Of a stretch of DNA of 64,000 bases, positions 1 through 9,742 are shown one piece after another. Under the pieces are notes generated by a model that did no database searches, had not been told where the DNA came from, and worked only from the letters and a program-made list of their open reading frames with translations. The position numbers and the translations under genes are program-made. The stretch is taken from positions 52,983-116,982 of the forward strand of contig JAQCIU010000007.1 of NCBI GenBank assembly GCA_027593235.1, written 5' to 3'. Numbering within the stretch: position 1 is the stretch's first letter; every line of letters starts with the position of its first letter. This DNA is from Chloroflexota bacterium (lineage in GTDB: Bacteria > Chloroflexota > Dehalococcoidia > UBA2979).

Positions 1-510
1 GTCCTCGAGGACCTCGAGGGCGGCGGTGCCCACGCCGGCGATCAAGGCCGGCTCGTCGGCGGAGGAGACGAAGCGCATGCCGGTGGCGTCCGCATGCGCC
101 TTCGCGGAGCGGATCGCGTCATCGAAGCGGGCGCCACCCTCGTGAATCTCGGCGCCGAGCCGGCGGATCGCGGCGACCTTGTCGGGATTGGCGCCCTCAG
201 GGACGAAGATCGCGGTACGGACGCCGTAGATCCGTCCGGCGTACGCGATCGACTGGCCGTGGTTACCGGTCGAGGCAGTGACGAGGCCGGCGGCGCGTTC
301 GTCGGCGGAGAGCTGCGCGCCGAGGTTGAGCCCGCCGCGCACCTTGAACGCGCTGACCGGCGTCGCCAACTCCAGCTTCAGCGACACCTCGGCGTCCAGC
401 AGCTCGCTGAGCGCCGGGGACGCGACCAGCGGCGTGGGAAGCGAGAGCGCCGAGGCGATCTCAACCGCCGCCGCTCGAACATCCTCGATCGTCGGCGGCC
501 GGATCGTCAT
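1..510 (-). CDS. PLP-dependent threonine/serine dehydratase family protein (3' end runs off the window)
   Basis: Manual translation from ATG at 510: MTIRPPTIEDVRAA...LKLELATPVSAFKVRGG...VTASTGNHGQSIA (SFKxRG and ASxGNH motifs). Not in the ORF track because no stop lies inside the window. Confidence 0.85.
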   Translation of the reverse strand, partial: MTIRPPTIEDVRAAAVEIASALSLPTPLVASPALSELLDAEVSLKLELATPVSAFKVRGGLNLGAQLSADERAAGLVTASTGNHGQSIAYAGRIYGVRTAIFVPEGANPDKVAAIRRLGAEIHEGGARFDDAIRSAKAHADATGMRFVSSADEPALIAGVGTAALEVLED

Positions 511-547
511 CGCTCGCTCCTCGGATCAGCGCTCGATCGGCGCGCGG

Positions 548-1672
548 TCAGTCGAGCGCGCCTGATTCGTACAGCGCATCGACGAACGAGGCGATGAATG
601 CCTCGTTGACATCGGTGGGCTGCTCAATCACCTCGAACTGGATCAGGAGATCGACCAGCGCCTGCCATTGTTCCGGATCGGAGCGACCAATGCCGTCGGC
701 ACGCTGCGCGGCGGCGAGATCGGTCTCCAGCAGGAACCGCTGGTGCTCGGGATCGGCTCCGTCGGCGTAGACGAGGGTGGCCTCGACCGCGGCGTCCAGG
801 TTGTCCTCGATGAACGCGACCGCGCGCAGCGTGGCGCGGAGGAAGCGCTCCACGAGCTCCGGATCGTTCGCGATCGTTGCCTCGGTAGCCATGTAGGTGA
901 GGCCGAGGGTGGGGACGCCGAACGCGTCCGGATCGATCACGTTGATGTCGACGCCGGCGCGGCGGACGGTGTCCGGCTCGTTGTTCAGGAAGACCGGGTA
1001 GATATCGACCTGGCGCTCGATGAAGGCGCGTGGATCGAAACCGACGGCGACCAGCTCGACATCATCGACAGTGAGACCGACGGTCGCGAGCAGCGCGTGT
1101 AACTCCGCGGGTACGACGCCGGCCTTGAAGCCGACGGTGTGCCCGGCGAAGTCGGCCGGGCCCTCGATGCCGGAATCGGCACGGGCGATGAAGCCCTGGT
1201 CGCCGCGCTGGCCGAAGAGCGCGATCGCGCGCACGGGCAGCTCGTCGACCCGCCGACGGATCACCTGGGCGGCAGTGCCGGTGGTGAACGCGATCTGACC
1301 GTCGAGCAGCAGCTTCAGGTGCTCGTCCTGGCCGGACGAGTGCTGGATATTGACATCGAGGCCCTCATCGGCGAAGAAGCCCTGGGCCTCCGCGACGTAG
1401 ACGGCGACGAACGGCAGGTTCGCCTGCGGCCGGAAGCCGGCCATGAAGGTGATCTGGCGCGGTTCGGGCGTTTCGGTGGGCGCCGTGGTCGCCGATTCCG
1501 TGGCGACGAGGGTGGCCGTCACCTCGGCGGTGGCGCTGGGTGAGGCGGTGGCGGCGGACGAGTCGCCGTCGTCGCCGCAGGCGGCAGCGACGAACAGTAG
1601 CGACGCGGCAAGTACGGCGAACAGGACAAGGCGCGGCGATCGGGCAGCCGCCGGTGCGACAGAACGCAACAT
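548..1672 (-). CDS. ABC transporter substrate-binding lipoprotein, NMT1/THI5 (SsuA/ThiY/RibY-like) family
   Basis: Lipobox AAAC, T/P-rich linker, YVAEAQGFFADEGLDV motif; start uncertain (1672 or 1702). Confidence 0.85.
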   Translation of the reverse strand: MLRSVAPAAARSPRLVLFAVLAASLLFVAAACGDDGDSSAATASPSATAEVTATLVATESATTAPTETPEPRQITFMAGFRPQANLPFVAVYVAEAQGFFADEGLDVNIQHSSGQDEHLKLLLDGQIAFTTGTAAQVIRRRVDELPVRAIALFGQRGDQGFIARADSGIEGPADFAGHTVGFKAGVVPAELHALLATVGLTVDDVELVAVGFDPRAFIERQVDIYPVFLNNEPDTVRRAGVDINVIDPDAFGVPTLGLTYMATEATIANDPELVERFLRATLRAVAFIEDNLDAAVEATLVYADGADPEHQRFLLETDLAAAQRADGIGRSDPEQWQALVDLLIQFEVIEQPTDVNEAFIASFVDALYESGALD

Positions 1673-1773
1673 GACAGGGACTCCAGAGTGCGGAGCGTGC
1701 ATCCGCGCCGTTGGCGCGGGCGCTACACGCGTGGCGAATTCGTTCGGGACGCATCCGCGGCGTTGCGCGGGAG

Positions 1774-2646
1774 CTACGACCCGGTCATCGAGGCGTGCCA
1801 GAACAGCACGCGACGTTCAATGTACGCAACCAGCGCGGTGAGGATCACCCCGAGCGTGGAGAGCACCACGATTGCGCCGAACAGAACGGGGGTGTCGAAG
1901 TCGCCGTTCGCGATCAGGATGAGCTGTCCCATCCCCGAGGAACCGGAGAGGAACTCGGCGACGACGGCGCCAATCAGCGACAGCGGCACGGAGATGCGCA
2001 GCGCCGCGAACACGTACGGCAGCGCCGACGGCAGCCGCAGCGACCAGAGCACGCGCCAGCGCGAGGCGTCGAGGGCACGCATGAAGTCGAGGGCCGCCGG
2101 GTCCACGGCGCGCAGCCCGATCAACGCGTTGACGAGCATCGGGAAGAACGCGATCAAGGCGGCGATCGCGATCTTCGGACCGATGCCGAACCCGAACCAG
2201 ATCGCGAACAGCGGGTAGACCGCGACGATCGGCGTGACCTTGATCATCAGCGCCGGCGGATAGAGCGCCCGCTCCAGCAGGCGTGAGTGCGCCATCACGA
2301 CGGCGAGCGCGAACGCACCGAGACTGGCCACCAGCAATCCGCCGAGCGCGGCGGCGAGCGACTCGCGCGCGGCGGTCGCGAAGCGCCCGGGATCGTCGCG
2401 CAGGGCCTCGAAGACGGCGGAGGGGCGGGGGACCAGGTACTCCGCGATCTGGCGTTCACGCACCCAGAACTCCCAGGCGATGACCAACACCACCAGCGCG
2501 ACGAGTGGCGGGAGCGCGACGGCGAGCGAGCGACGTAACTGCACGCCGAGACTCGCCCGTGGCGCGCGGACCACGCCCGCGCCGCCCGTCACACCGGGCG
2601 CATTGGCGGCGCCGGGCACGCCGTCGAGCCAGCCGGTTTCCTGCAT
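1774..2646 (-). CDS. ABC transporter permease (SsuC/TauC type)
   Basis: Hydrophobic segments; LRLPSALPYVFAALR and GAVVAEF motifs. Confidence 0.9.
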   Translation of the reverse strand: MQETGWLDGVPGAANAPGVTGGAGVVRAPRASLGVQLRRSLAVALPPLVALVVLVIAWEFWVRERQIAEYLVPRPSAVFEALRDDPGRFATAARESLAAALGGLLVASLGAFALAVVMAHSRLLERALYPPALMIKVTPIVAVYPLFAIWFGFGIGPKIAIAALIAFFPMLVNALIGLRAVDPAALDFMRALDASRWRVLWSLRLPSALPYVFAALRISVPLSLIGAVVAEFLSGSSGMGQLILIANGDFDTPVLFGAIVVLSTLGVILTALVAYIERRVLFWHASMTGS

Positions 2647-3473
2647 CAGGCGCCCGCCCGTAACAGTGCGCGGATGTGCTGCTCGGCCTCGAGGAACGCG
2701 GGCGCGCTCAGCAGCGCGTCGCTGCGCGGGCGGGGTAGCGCGACGGCGACGTCCTCAAGGATCCGTCCCGGCGATCCGCTCATCACGACGACGCGATCGG
2801 AGAGCAACAGCGCCTCACGGATCGAGTGGGTGACGAACAGCACCGACATCCGTTCGCGCTCCCAGAGCGCGAGCAGTTCCAGGCGCATCGCCTCGCGCGA
2901 CAGTTCATCGAGCGCGCCGAACGGCTCGTCCATCAGCAGCAGTCGGGGCCCAACGGCGAGCGCGCGCGCGAGTGCGACGCGCTGCTTCATCCCACCGGAC
3001 AACTCGCCCGGGTAGAGGCCGGCGTAGCGATCGATCCCGACGCGCTCGAGCCAGCCGTGGGCGGCGCCGGCTGCAGGCGAAGCGGCACTCGATCCCGCGA
3101 GGTCGATCGCGAGCTGGACGTTCGCCTGCACGGAGCGCCACGGCAACAGGCCCGGATCCTGCGTGACGAGTCCCAGCGCGCGATCCCGACGCGCCAACCG
3201 CGGCGACGCCCCGAACACCTCGATGCGACCGCCCGAGGGCTCCAGTAGTCCGGCGACGGCGCGCAGCAGCGTGGTCTTGCCGCAGCCGGACGGCCCGACG
3301 ATCGAGACGAATTGGCCGGCCTCGATGGTCAGATCGACGGCGCTCAGCGCGCTGACGGTTCCGCTCTCCGCCGCGTAGGTGTGTTCGACGCCGCGAATCG
3401 CGATCGCCGCCGCGGCGCCCTCCGGGGTGGCGCCGGCCGGCGATGAACGATCGACGGTCGGACTGGGGGTCAT
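2646..3473 (-). CDS. ABC transporter ATP-binding protein (SsuB/TauB type)
   Basis: Walker A GPSGCGKTT, signature LSGGMKQR, LLMDEPFGALD; start placed at ATG 3473. Confidence 0.92.
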   Translation of the reverse strand: MTPSPTVDRSSPAGATPEGAAAAIAIRGVEHTYAAESGTVSALSAVDLTIEAGQFVSIVGPSGCGKTTLLRAVAGLLEPSGGRIEVFGASPRLARRDRALGLVTQDPGLLPWRSVQANVQLAIDLAGSSAASPAAGAAHGWLERVGIDRYAGLYPGELSGGMKQRVALARALAVGPRLLLMDEPFGALDELSREAMRLELLALWERERMSVLFVTHSIREALLLSDRVVVMSGSPGRILEDVAVALPRPRSDALLSAPAFLEAEQHIRALLRAGA

Positions 3474-3532
3474 CGCGTTCCGTCCGGTGCACGCGCCGTT
3501 CCGGTATCCGATCGGGCGCGCAGATGCGCAAC

Positions 3533-3547
3533 GAACATTGTATGTTC
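3533..3547. promoter_or_regulatory. Palindrome GAACAT-TGT-ATGTTC, candidate operator between the divergent ABC operon and npdG-cofE
   Basis: Perfect 6-bp inverted repeat, AT-rich, in a high-GC divergent intergenic region. Confidence 0.35.
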
Positions 3548-3701
3548 CGAGGCGGTCGACTCCGCTTGCTCGGACGGCCCTCAGCAGTCGCACGGTCGTG
3601 ATTCCATCGCGGCGCCACCGTCCACCCTCGATCACGCGGAAGCGCCGACGAACGGATCGCCGAGCGACCGGCACGCGGATCAGATACAGATCGGAACCCC
3701 C

Positions 3702-4385
3702 ATGACTCATCGCATCGCGCTGGTCGGCGGCACCGGCCCCGAAGGCCGCGGCCTCGCTACCCGCTTCGCCAAAGCAGGCCACACGGTGGTCCTCGGTAGC
3801 CGCGACGCCGCGCGCGGTGCGGAGGTGGCGGCGGAACTGGCGGCCAGCCTCGCGGTCAGCGCTCCCTCGGCCACTACGGTCACCGGCAGTGACAACGAAA
3901 CCGCGGTCGCGGACGCCGACGTCGTCGTGGTCGTCGTGCCCTACAGCGCGCACCGCCCCACCCTCGAGGGCCTCGGCTCCGCGCTGGACGGCAAGATCGT
4001 CGTCGACGCGGTCGTGCCGGTGCAGTTCGATCGCGGCCCGCGGCCGATCGAGGTCGCAGCCGGATCCGCCACCGAGGAAGCGAAGCAGATCCTCCCGGAG
4101 GCGCGCGTCATCGGCGCGTTCCACAACCTCTCCGCGGAGGTCTTGCTGGAGCCCGATGCACCGCTGCACGCGGATGTGCTGGTCACCGGCGGCGACCAAG
4201 AGGCGAAGGCGCTGGTCATGGCGCTCGCCAACGAGATCGAAGGCGCACGCGCCGTGGACGCCGGTCCGCTGCGCTTCTCGCGGTTCGTCGAAGGGATCAC
4301 GATCTTGCTCATCGGCATCAACGGTCGCTACAAGACACATTCCGGCATCCAGGTGGCCGGGCTCGATGGCGAGGCGTCGTCATGA
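3702..4385 (+). CDS. npdG: NADPH-dependent F420 reductase (F420H2:NADP+ oxidoreductase)
   Basis: IALVGGTGPEGRGLA, GSRD, AFHNLSA, DAGPL and LLIGINGRYK motifs. Confidence 0.9.
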   Translation: MTHRIALVGGTGPEGRGLATRFAKAGHTVVLGSRDAARGAEVAAELAASLAVSAPSATTVTGSDNETAVADADVVVVVVPYSAHRPTLEGLGSALDGKIVVDAVVPVQFDRGPRPIEVAAGSATEEAKQILPEARVIGAFHNLSAEVLLEPDAPLHADVLVTGGDQEAKALVMALANEIEGARAVDAGPLRFSRFVEGITILLIGINGRYKTHSGIQVAGLDGEASS

Positions 4386-5185
4386 CCCCTCCCAGCGATG
4401 CGCGAAGCAACGTGCCGAGCAACGCGGCGGCAAGCGGCGAACTGCGGATCATCGGCCTGCGCGGCATCCCGATCGTGCAGCCGGACGACGACATCGCCGC
4501 GCTGATCATCGAGGCCGCGACCGCCCAGGGCGTCGGGATCGAGGACGGCGACGCGATCGCCGTCACACAGCGGATCGTTTCGCGCGTCGAGCACCGCCTG
4601 CGCCCCCTCGAGGAGTTCGAACCCAGTCCGTTCGCGCTCGCCTACGCCGAGCGGACGGAGAAAGATCCGCGCGTCGTCGAAGCGGTGCTTCGGGAATCGG
4701 TGCGGGTGATCCGCCAGGTCGGTGGGGTGTTCCTCACGGAAACCCGCCACGGGTTCAAGTGCGCGAACGCGGGTGTCGATGGATCAAACGTGGGGAGCGA
4801 GGGCGTGATCTCCCTGCTGCCAATCGACCCGGACGGCTCGTGCGCGCGGATCCGCGCGCGAATCCTGGAGCTGACCGGCAAGGACGTGGCGATCGTGATG
4901 ACGGACACCTTTGGGCGTCCGTGGCGTCACGGCCAAACGAACGTGGCGATCGGGGTCGCCGGGATGCTCCCGTTCCGCGACTACGTGGGGAAGCCGGACA
5001 TGGACGGTCACGAACTTCGCGTCACGACGATCTGCATCGCGGACCAGATCGCCGGGACGGCGGAACTGGTGATGGGCAAATCCGATGGCGTGCCGGTCGC
5101 GATTATTCGCGGCTACGACTACCCGCGCGGCGAAGGGGCCGCGTCCGAGATCGTTCGTGAGTCGGCGCTTGACCTGTTCCCCTAA
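4382..5185 (+). CDS. cofE: Coenzyme F420-0:L-glutamate ligase
   Basis: ETRHGFKCANAGVDGSN, LPIDPDGS, TDTFGRPWR, PVAIIRG. Confidence 0.93.
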   Translation: MTPPSDARSNVPSNAAASGELRIIGLRGIPIVQPDDDIAALIIEAATAQGVGIEDGDAIAVTQRIVSRVEHRLRPLEEFEPSPFALAYAERTEKDPRVVEAVLRESVRVIRQVGGVFLTETRHGFKCANAGVDGSNVGSEGVISLLPIDPDGSCARIRARILELTGKDVAIVMTDTFGRPWRHGQTNVAIGVAGMLPFRDYVGKPDMDGHELRVTTICIADQIAGTAELVMGKSDGVPVAIIRGYDYPRGEGAASEIVRESALDLFP

Positions 5186-5258
5186 GCAATCGATTTCTGA
5201 CAATCGGCGAAATAGTGCGCGCAGCGTGGCCCGGGAGCAACGCAGGCTCTAGCCTGCT

Positions 5259-6593
5259 GTGATGTTCGAGGCAGAAACCAGCGACGAGGATCCAGCGCTC
5301 CTCGAGTCGATGGAGCGCAACCTCCGGCTCCTCGGCTGGTGGTGGTGGCTGCGCGTGTTCTGGCTCGGCGAGGCGATCTGGGTCGTCTACCTGACCGAGG
5401 AGCACGGGCTGACGCTCGGCCAGATTCTGCTCTTCGAAGCCGCCTACGCGGGAACCGTGCTGGTCACCGAGGTGCCGTCCGGGATATTGGCCGATCGCTT
5501 CGGTCGCCGTCGCCTGCTGCTGGCGGCAGGCGTGATCTTCATGGCCGGGCTGCTGATGTTTGGTCTTGGCACCGGCCTGCTGATGCTGATCATCGCCTAC
5601 GCCGCGTTTGGCGTATCGGACGCGTCGATCTCCGGCGCGGACAGCGCGATGCTCTACGACTCACTCCAACCGCTAAAACGCACCGACGAGTTCGAGCCAA
5701 AACTGGGGCGGTTGAACGCGTCGTTGATGGGCGGCTTCGCGGCGATGACGATCGCCGGATCGTTGATGGTGCGGTGGACGTCGCTCTCGTTCCCGATCCT
5801 GCTCTCGGCCGCGCTGACGCTGCCGAGCCTCCTATTCGTCCTGAAGATGCGCGAGCCCCCGCGCGAGCACCAAAGCTCAAGCTTCCGTGCGATCGGCATG
5901 AGCACGCTCAAGAAGATCGTGACGACCCGTTCGATGTGGTCGGTGGTGCTGCTCGGCACGGTAACGCAGCAAGCGATCGTGCTAATGGCGATCGTGCAGC
6001 AGCCGGTGCTGCTGCAGTTCGGGTTCCCGATCTGGAGCCTTGGCCTGTTCGTCGCGGTGCAGATGCTGGTGGGCGCCGCCGGATCGTGGACCGCCGGGGC
6101 GTTAGGACAGCGGATTGGCCTGCGCACGCTGTTCCTGGTGGTCCCGTTGATCAGCGCGCTCTCACTGCTCGCGGGGATCTCGGATTGGCCCTGGATGTAC
6201 GCCTTCTTCATGCTGCCGGGGGCCGGGTTCCACCTGGTCTTCCCGCACGCCTCCGGGTTCCTCGCTCGCCGTGTCAGCGAGGGCGAGCGCGCGACCGTGA
6301 TCTCGATGGCCTCGATGGTTGCGAGCACGGCAACGCTGGTGGTGGCGCCGGTGGTCGGTCTGCTGGTGGACCGCTCCAGCCTCGATACGGGGCTGATCGC
6401 CGCGGCGCTCAGCCTCGCGGCGCTGGGACTCTTCGCGTACCTCGTGTGGGTCACAAGCGACGACACGAACCGCGATCCGCGGGGCGCGGCGCGCCCGACG
6501 CTCGAGGGCGTCGCCACCGCGGCGGACAGCGGCCCCCCGTTGCCTCGGAGCGACGAGGCGCCGCCGTTCGTCTTCCCGCACGGCCACCCGTAG
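5259..6593 (+). CDS. MFS transporter
   Basis: EVPSGILADRFGRR motif A, SGADSAMLYDSL, about 12 TM segments. Confidence 0.88.
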   Translation: MMFEAETSDEDPALLESMERNLRLLGWWWWLRVFWLGEAIWVVYLTEEHGLTLGQILLFEAAYAGTVLVTEVPSGILADRFGRRRLLLAAGVIFMAGLLMFGLGTGLLMLIIAYAAFGVSDASISGADSAMLYDSLQPLKRTDEFEPKLGRLNASLMGGFAAMTIAGSLMVRWTSLSFPILLSAALTLPSLLFVLKMREPPREHQSSSFRAIGMSTLKKIVTTRSMWSVVLLGTVTQQAIVLMAIVQQPVLLQFGFPIWSLGLFVAVQMLVGAAGSWTAGALGQRIGLRTLFLVVPLISALSLLAGISDWPWMYAFFMLPGAGFHLVFPHASGFLARRVSEGERATVISMASMVASTATLVVAPVVGLLVDRSSLDTGLIAAALSLAALGLFAYLVWVTSDDTNRDPRGAARPTLEGVATAADSGPPLPRSDEAPPFVFPHGHP

Positions 6594-6647
6594 CATCGAA
6601 CCGGCACGACACCGCGCGACACCGCGCCGCGCGCGAGGGGGTTCGAT

Positions 6648-6980
6648 GTGACCGAGGACGCCCGCACGCCCGAGACCAGCGAGACCGCCGGGACCCCCGA
6701 GGGTGCCGCGGACAGCACCGGCATGGAGAACGCGCACGAACCAGCCGCTGTCGCGTCCGGCGCCGGCGAGCTGCTGCGCGACGCGCTGGTGGACGCCGAC
6801 GATCCGCGGTTCCCGATCTGGTTGCCGTTGCCCGGCATCGCCGCGGCGAGCGGCTGGGCGCTCTACGATGCGAGCGCGGCGGGCGGATCGTTTCTCCCGA
6901 CGCTGCTCTGGCCGGGGATCGCGATCTTCCTCGGCACGACCCTCGCGAGCTGGCTCGGCTGGCAGCTCGACATCGACTAG
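6648..6980 (+). CDS. Small 2-TM hypothetical membrane protein
   Basis: Acidic N-terminus, two hydrophobic helices, GAGG upstream; lies directly before holA. Confidence 0.6.
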   Translation: MTEDARTPETSETAGTPEGAADSTGMENAHEPAAVASGAGELLRDALVDADDPRFPIWLPLPGIAAASGWALYDASAAGGSFLPTLLWPGIAIFLGTTLASWLGWQLDID

Positions 6981-7027
6981 ACGCGCCGCGCGACAGCGCC
7001 CGCCGCGATGACACACCCGGGAACGCG

Positions 7028-8068
7028 ATGCTGCACGTCTACTACGGTGCCGATGACTTCCGCGCCAGCGAAGCGCTCACCGAACTGCGCGAGTCGCTGA
7101 ACGGCGACGGGATGCTGATCAGCAACACCTCGGTGCTCGCCGGGCGCGGACTGACGCCGGGACAACTCACCCAGCACGCGATGGCGGCGCCGTTCCTCGC
7201 GGAGTCTCGACTCGTGATCGTGGAAGGCCTGCTGACCGCGCTGGGCTCGCGTCGCGGGGTCGCCGACGAGTGGCAGCCGTTCCTGGACGCGGCGGCGCAA
7301 CTCCCGCCCTCGAATCACGTGGCGCTGGTGGAGCCGGCGCTCAAACGCGGCGATCGCGAGGGCGTGAGCCGGTCGCCGGTACTGCGCGCCCTGAAGGCGG
7401 TCCCCGGCGCGGAGATCCGCGAGTTCGGGGAGCTCAAGACCTGGGATCGCAGCGGCCCGAGCGAGGTCGGTCGCTGGCTCTACGATCGCGCGAGCGCCCG
7501 CCAGATCGCGATCGAGGACGCGGCGATCGACACGCTCGTCGATCTGATCGGCGCGAACCTCCGCGCGCTGGCGCAAGAACTGGACAAGCTCGCGGCCTAC
7601 ACGGCAGCGATCGATGCGCCCTCGATCACGGCGGCGCACGTCCGTCTGCTCACGCCGCAAGCGCGCGAAGAGAGCATGTTCGCCGTCGTCGACGCGATCG
7701 TCGAAGGCCGCGCGGAGCTGGCACTCCGGCTGCTCCGCAGCGTGCTCGACGACGGCAGCGTCGCACCGGCCCTGCTGCAAGTGATGATCGCGCGCCAGCT
7801 CCGGCACCTGATCCGCGCCACCGAACTCCTCGAACGCCACGCTCCCCAGAACGCGATCGCGGAGGCGACGGGCCTCCGCGGCTTCCCGCTCACGAAGCTG
7901 ATGCGCCAGGCACGTGGCCTCAGCCGCGCCGCAGCGGAAGCCAACCTGCGTGACCTCGAGCACGCCGATCATTCGGTCAAGACCGGCCGGATGAGCGACG
8001 AGCTCGCCCTCGAACTCCTCGTCTGCAGCCTCGCCGAGCGCACCCCCCGAGCCTTCGGCTCTCGATGA
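7028..8068 (+). CDS. holA: DNA polymerase III subunit delta
   Basis: MLHVYYGADDF start, PFLAESRLVIV, QELDKLAAY, DHSVKTG. Confidence 0.9.
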   Translation: MLHVYYGADDFRASEALTELRESLNGDGMLISNTSVLAGRGLTPGQLTQHAMAAPFLAESRLVIVEGLLTALGSRRGVADEWQPFLDAAAQLPPSNHVALVEPALKRGDREGVSRSPVLRALKAVPGAEIREFGELKTWDRSGPSEVGRWLYDRASARQIAIEDAAIDTLVDLIGANLRALAQELDKLAAYTAAIDAPSITAAHVRLLTPQAREESMFAVVDAIVEGRAELALRLLRSVLDDGSVAPALLQVMIARQLRHLIRATELLERHAPQNAIAEATGLRGFPLTKLMRQARGLSRAAAEANLRDLEHADHSVKTGRMSDELALELLVCSLAERTPRAFGSR

Positions 8069-8470
8069 CCCCCCGGGGCCTTCGGCCCTCAATGACGCTT
8101 CGCGGGGTGTCGGCCTTCCTCGGCGGTCACGCGACGCCCTAGCACCCCAATCGGAAGTCAGGTCCGAGCACCACCGCCGCGAGCCATCACCAAGGACCCG
8201 AGCAACGACCGGAACGGTCAAGAAGCCCCGAAGGGACCTTCGGCCCTCGATGACGCTTCGCGGGGTGTCGGCCTTCCTCGGCGGTCACGCGACGCCCTAG
8301 CACCTCGATCGGGACGCGGTCAGGACCGGGCCGGATCGGTCATCGCCGCGAACCCGCGCTGCCGCGCCGACGTGCCAACGAGGGACGCAGCGTCCAAGCA
8401 CCGCCGCCACAAACCGACACCCGAGATTCAAGTAACGACCGGAACGGTCAAGAGCGCCCCGAAGGGGCCT
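8051..8470. repeat. Two tandem REP/REPIN-like composite elements between convergent holA and the oppD-like gene
   Basis: 68-bp direct repeat 8079-8146 vs 8237-8304 (1 mismatch); 20-bp AACGACCGGAACGGTCAAGA at 8204 and 8434, each followed by GCCCCGAAGGG. Confidence 0.85.
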
Positions 8471-9482
8471 AGCGGAGGGGGACGGCGATTGGGTTGTAGC
8501 AGGCGGCGAAGTGGCCGGGCTCGTCGCCAACGGGCGCGAGGGGTGGGGCCGGATCGATACGGCACTGCGAGATCGCTTTCGGGCAGCGGGGGAGAAACGG
8601 GCACTGTGGCGGGAGATCGGTGAGATCGGGCGGCTGACCGCGTAGCGGGCGCAGGCGCGCCTGATGTGGGCCGGGCAGGCTCTGCAGCAGACCGTGGCTG
8701 TAGGGGTGACGAGGAGCGCGAAAGATCGTGCGGACATCGGCGCGTTCCACGATCTCGCCGGCGTACATCACGTGGACTCGATCGGCCATCCGCGCCACCA
8801 CGCCGAAGTCGTGGGTGATCAGCAGCAGGCCGACGCCTGCCTCGTCGCGGAGCTGCTCGAGGATTGCCAGCGTCTCCATGCGGACACCGGGATCGAGGCT
8901 GGCGGTCGGTTCGTCGGCGATGATCACGCGCGGCTTGAGCGCAATCGCCAGTGTGATCATCACCCGCTGCGCCATACCGCCGGAGAGCTGGAACGGATAC
9001 GAATCGAAGGCGCGCTCCGCATCGGGCAGGATCCGTTTGAGGGCCGCCAGCGCCTCGACTTCCGCCTCGTGCTTGGTGATGTCGCGATGGGCCTGGTACA
9101 GCTCGACGAGCTGTTCGCGTACGCGGAGCGTTGGGGTGAGCGCGCTCAAGGCGTCCTGGAAGATCATCGATATTTGTTCGCCGCGGATCTTGCGGAGCTC
9201 TTCGCCAGGGAGATCGAGCAACGATCGACCGCGGTACCGTAAGGCGGTGGCGGTCACGGTGGCGTTCGCCGGGAGCAGCCCGAGTACGGCGTGACCGACG
9301 GTGCTCTTGCCGGCGGCAGATTCGCCGACCAGCGCCAGCGTCTCCCCGGCGCGCACCTCGAGCGATACGTCCCGAACGGCGGCGATCGTGTCATCGTCCG
9401 CGCGGTAGCCGACGGAAAGGCCCTCGATCGAGAGCAGCGGCTCTTCGGACCAGCGCCCGTCCGGCCCCTTACCCGATGTCAC
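8469..9482 (-). CDS. Oligopeptide/dipeptide ABC transporter ATP-binding protein (OppD/DppD type)
   Basis: GESAAGKST, YPFQLSGGMAQR, ADEPTASLD, PRHPYS, CPFLPRC; no cognate permease adjacent. Confidence 0.9.
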   Translation of the reverse strand: MTSGKGPDGRWSEEPLLSIEGLSVGYRADDDTIAAVRDVSLEVRAGETLALVGESAAGKSTVGHAVLGLLPANATVTATALRYRGRSLLDLPGEELRKIRGEQISMIFQDALSALTPTLRVREQLVELYQAHRDITKHEAEVEALAALKRILPDAERAFDSYPFQLSGGMAQRVMITLAIALKPRVIIADEPTASLDPGVRMETLAILEQLRDEAGVGLLLITHDFGVVARMADRVHVMYAGEIVERADVRTIFRAPRHPYSHGLLQSLPGPHQARLRPLRGQPPDLTDLPPQCPFLPRCPKAISQCRIDPAPPLAPVGDEPGHFAACYNPIAVPLR

Positions 9483-9517
9483 GCCGCGCCACCCTCGCGT
9501 TCCATCGCGACAGCCTA

Positions 9518-9742
9518 CCCCCTTCGGGGGCTTTTTGACCCTTCGGGGTTGGGTGCGGGACGTTTGTGGGCTGGGCGAAGCGACGGGGCCGCTTCAGCCG
9601 CTGCTGTTGGGAGCCGGATCTCGCGCGCGTCGCCTCGTCCCCGCGGTCCTCACGTCTGAACCCGGGGACAGCGGAAGAAACGAAACGCCCGCAGAAGGAC
9701 GCCCGCACGCAGCGAAGCCCAGAAGGGGGTCGAAGACCCCTA
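9518..9742. repeat. REP/REPIN-like element in reverse orientation downstream of lexA
   Basis: Ends CCCCTTCGGGGGCTTTTTGACC and GCGAAGC...GGGGTCGAAGACCCC resemble reverse complements of the ends of the 8075-8470 units. Confidence 0.65.

Noticed and set aside
3533-3547. LexA box upstream of the ABC operon
   Set aside because: Spacing is GAAC-N7-GTTC, not the N4 spacing seen upstream of lexA; kept only as a generic operator candidate.
3474-4340. N-terminal extension of the ABC ATPase (564-aa ORF)
   Set aside because: Antisense shadow of npdG.
5339-7027. 909-aa ORF suggesting a long N-terminal fusion to HolA
   Set aside because: An Arg-rich off-frame overlap of the MFS gene caused by high GC; HolA begins at 7028.
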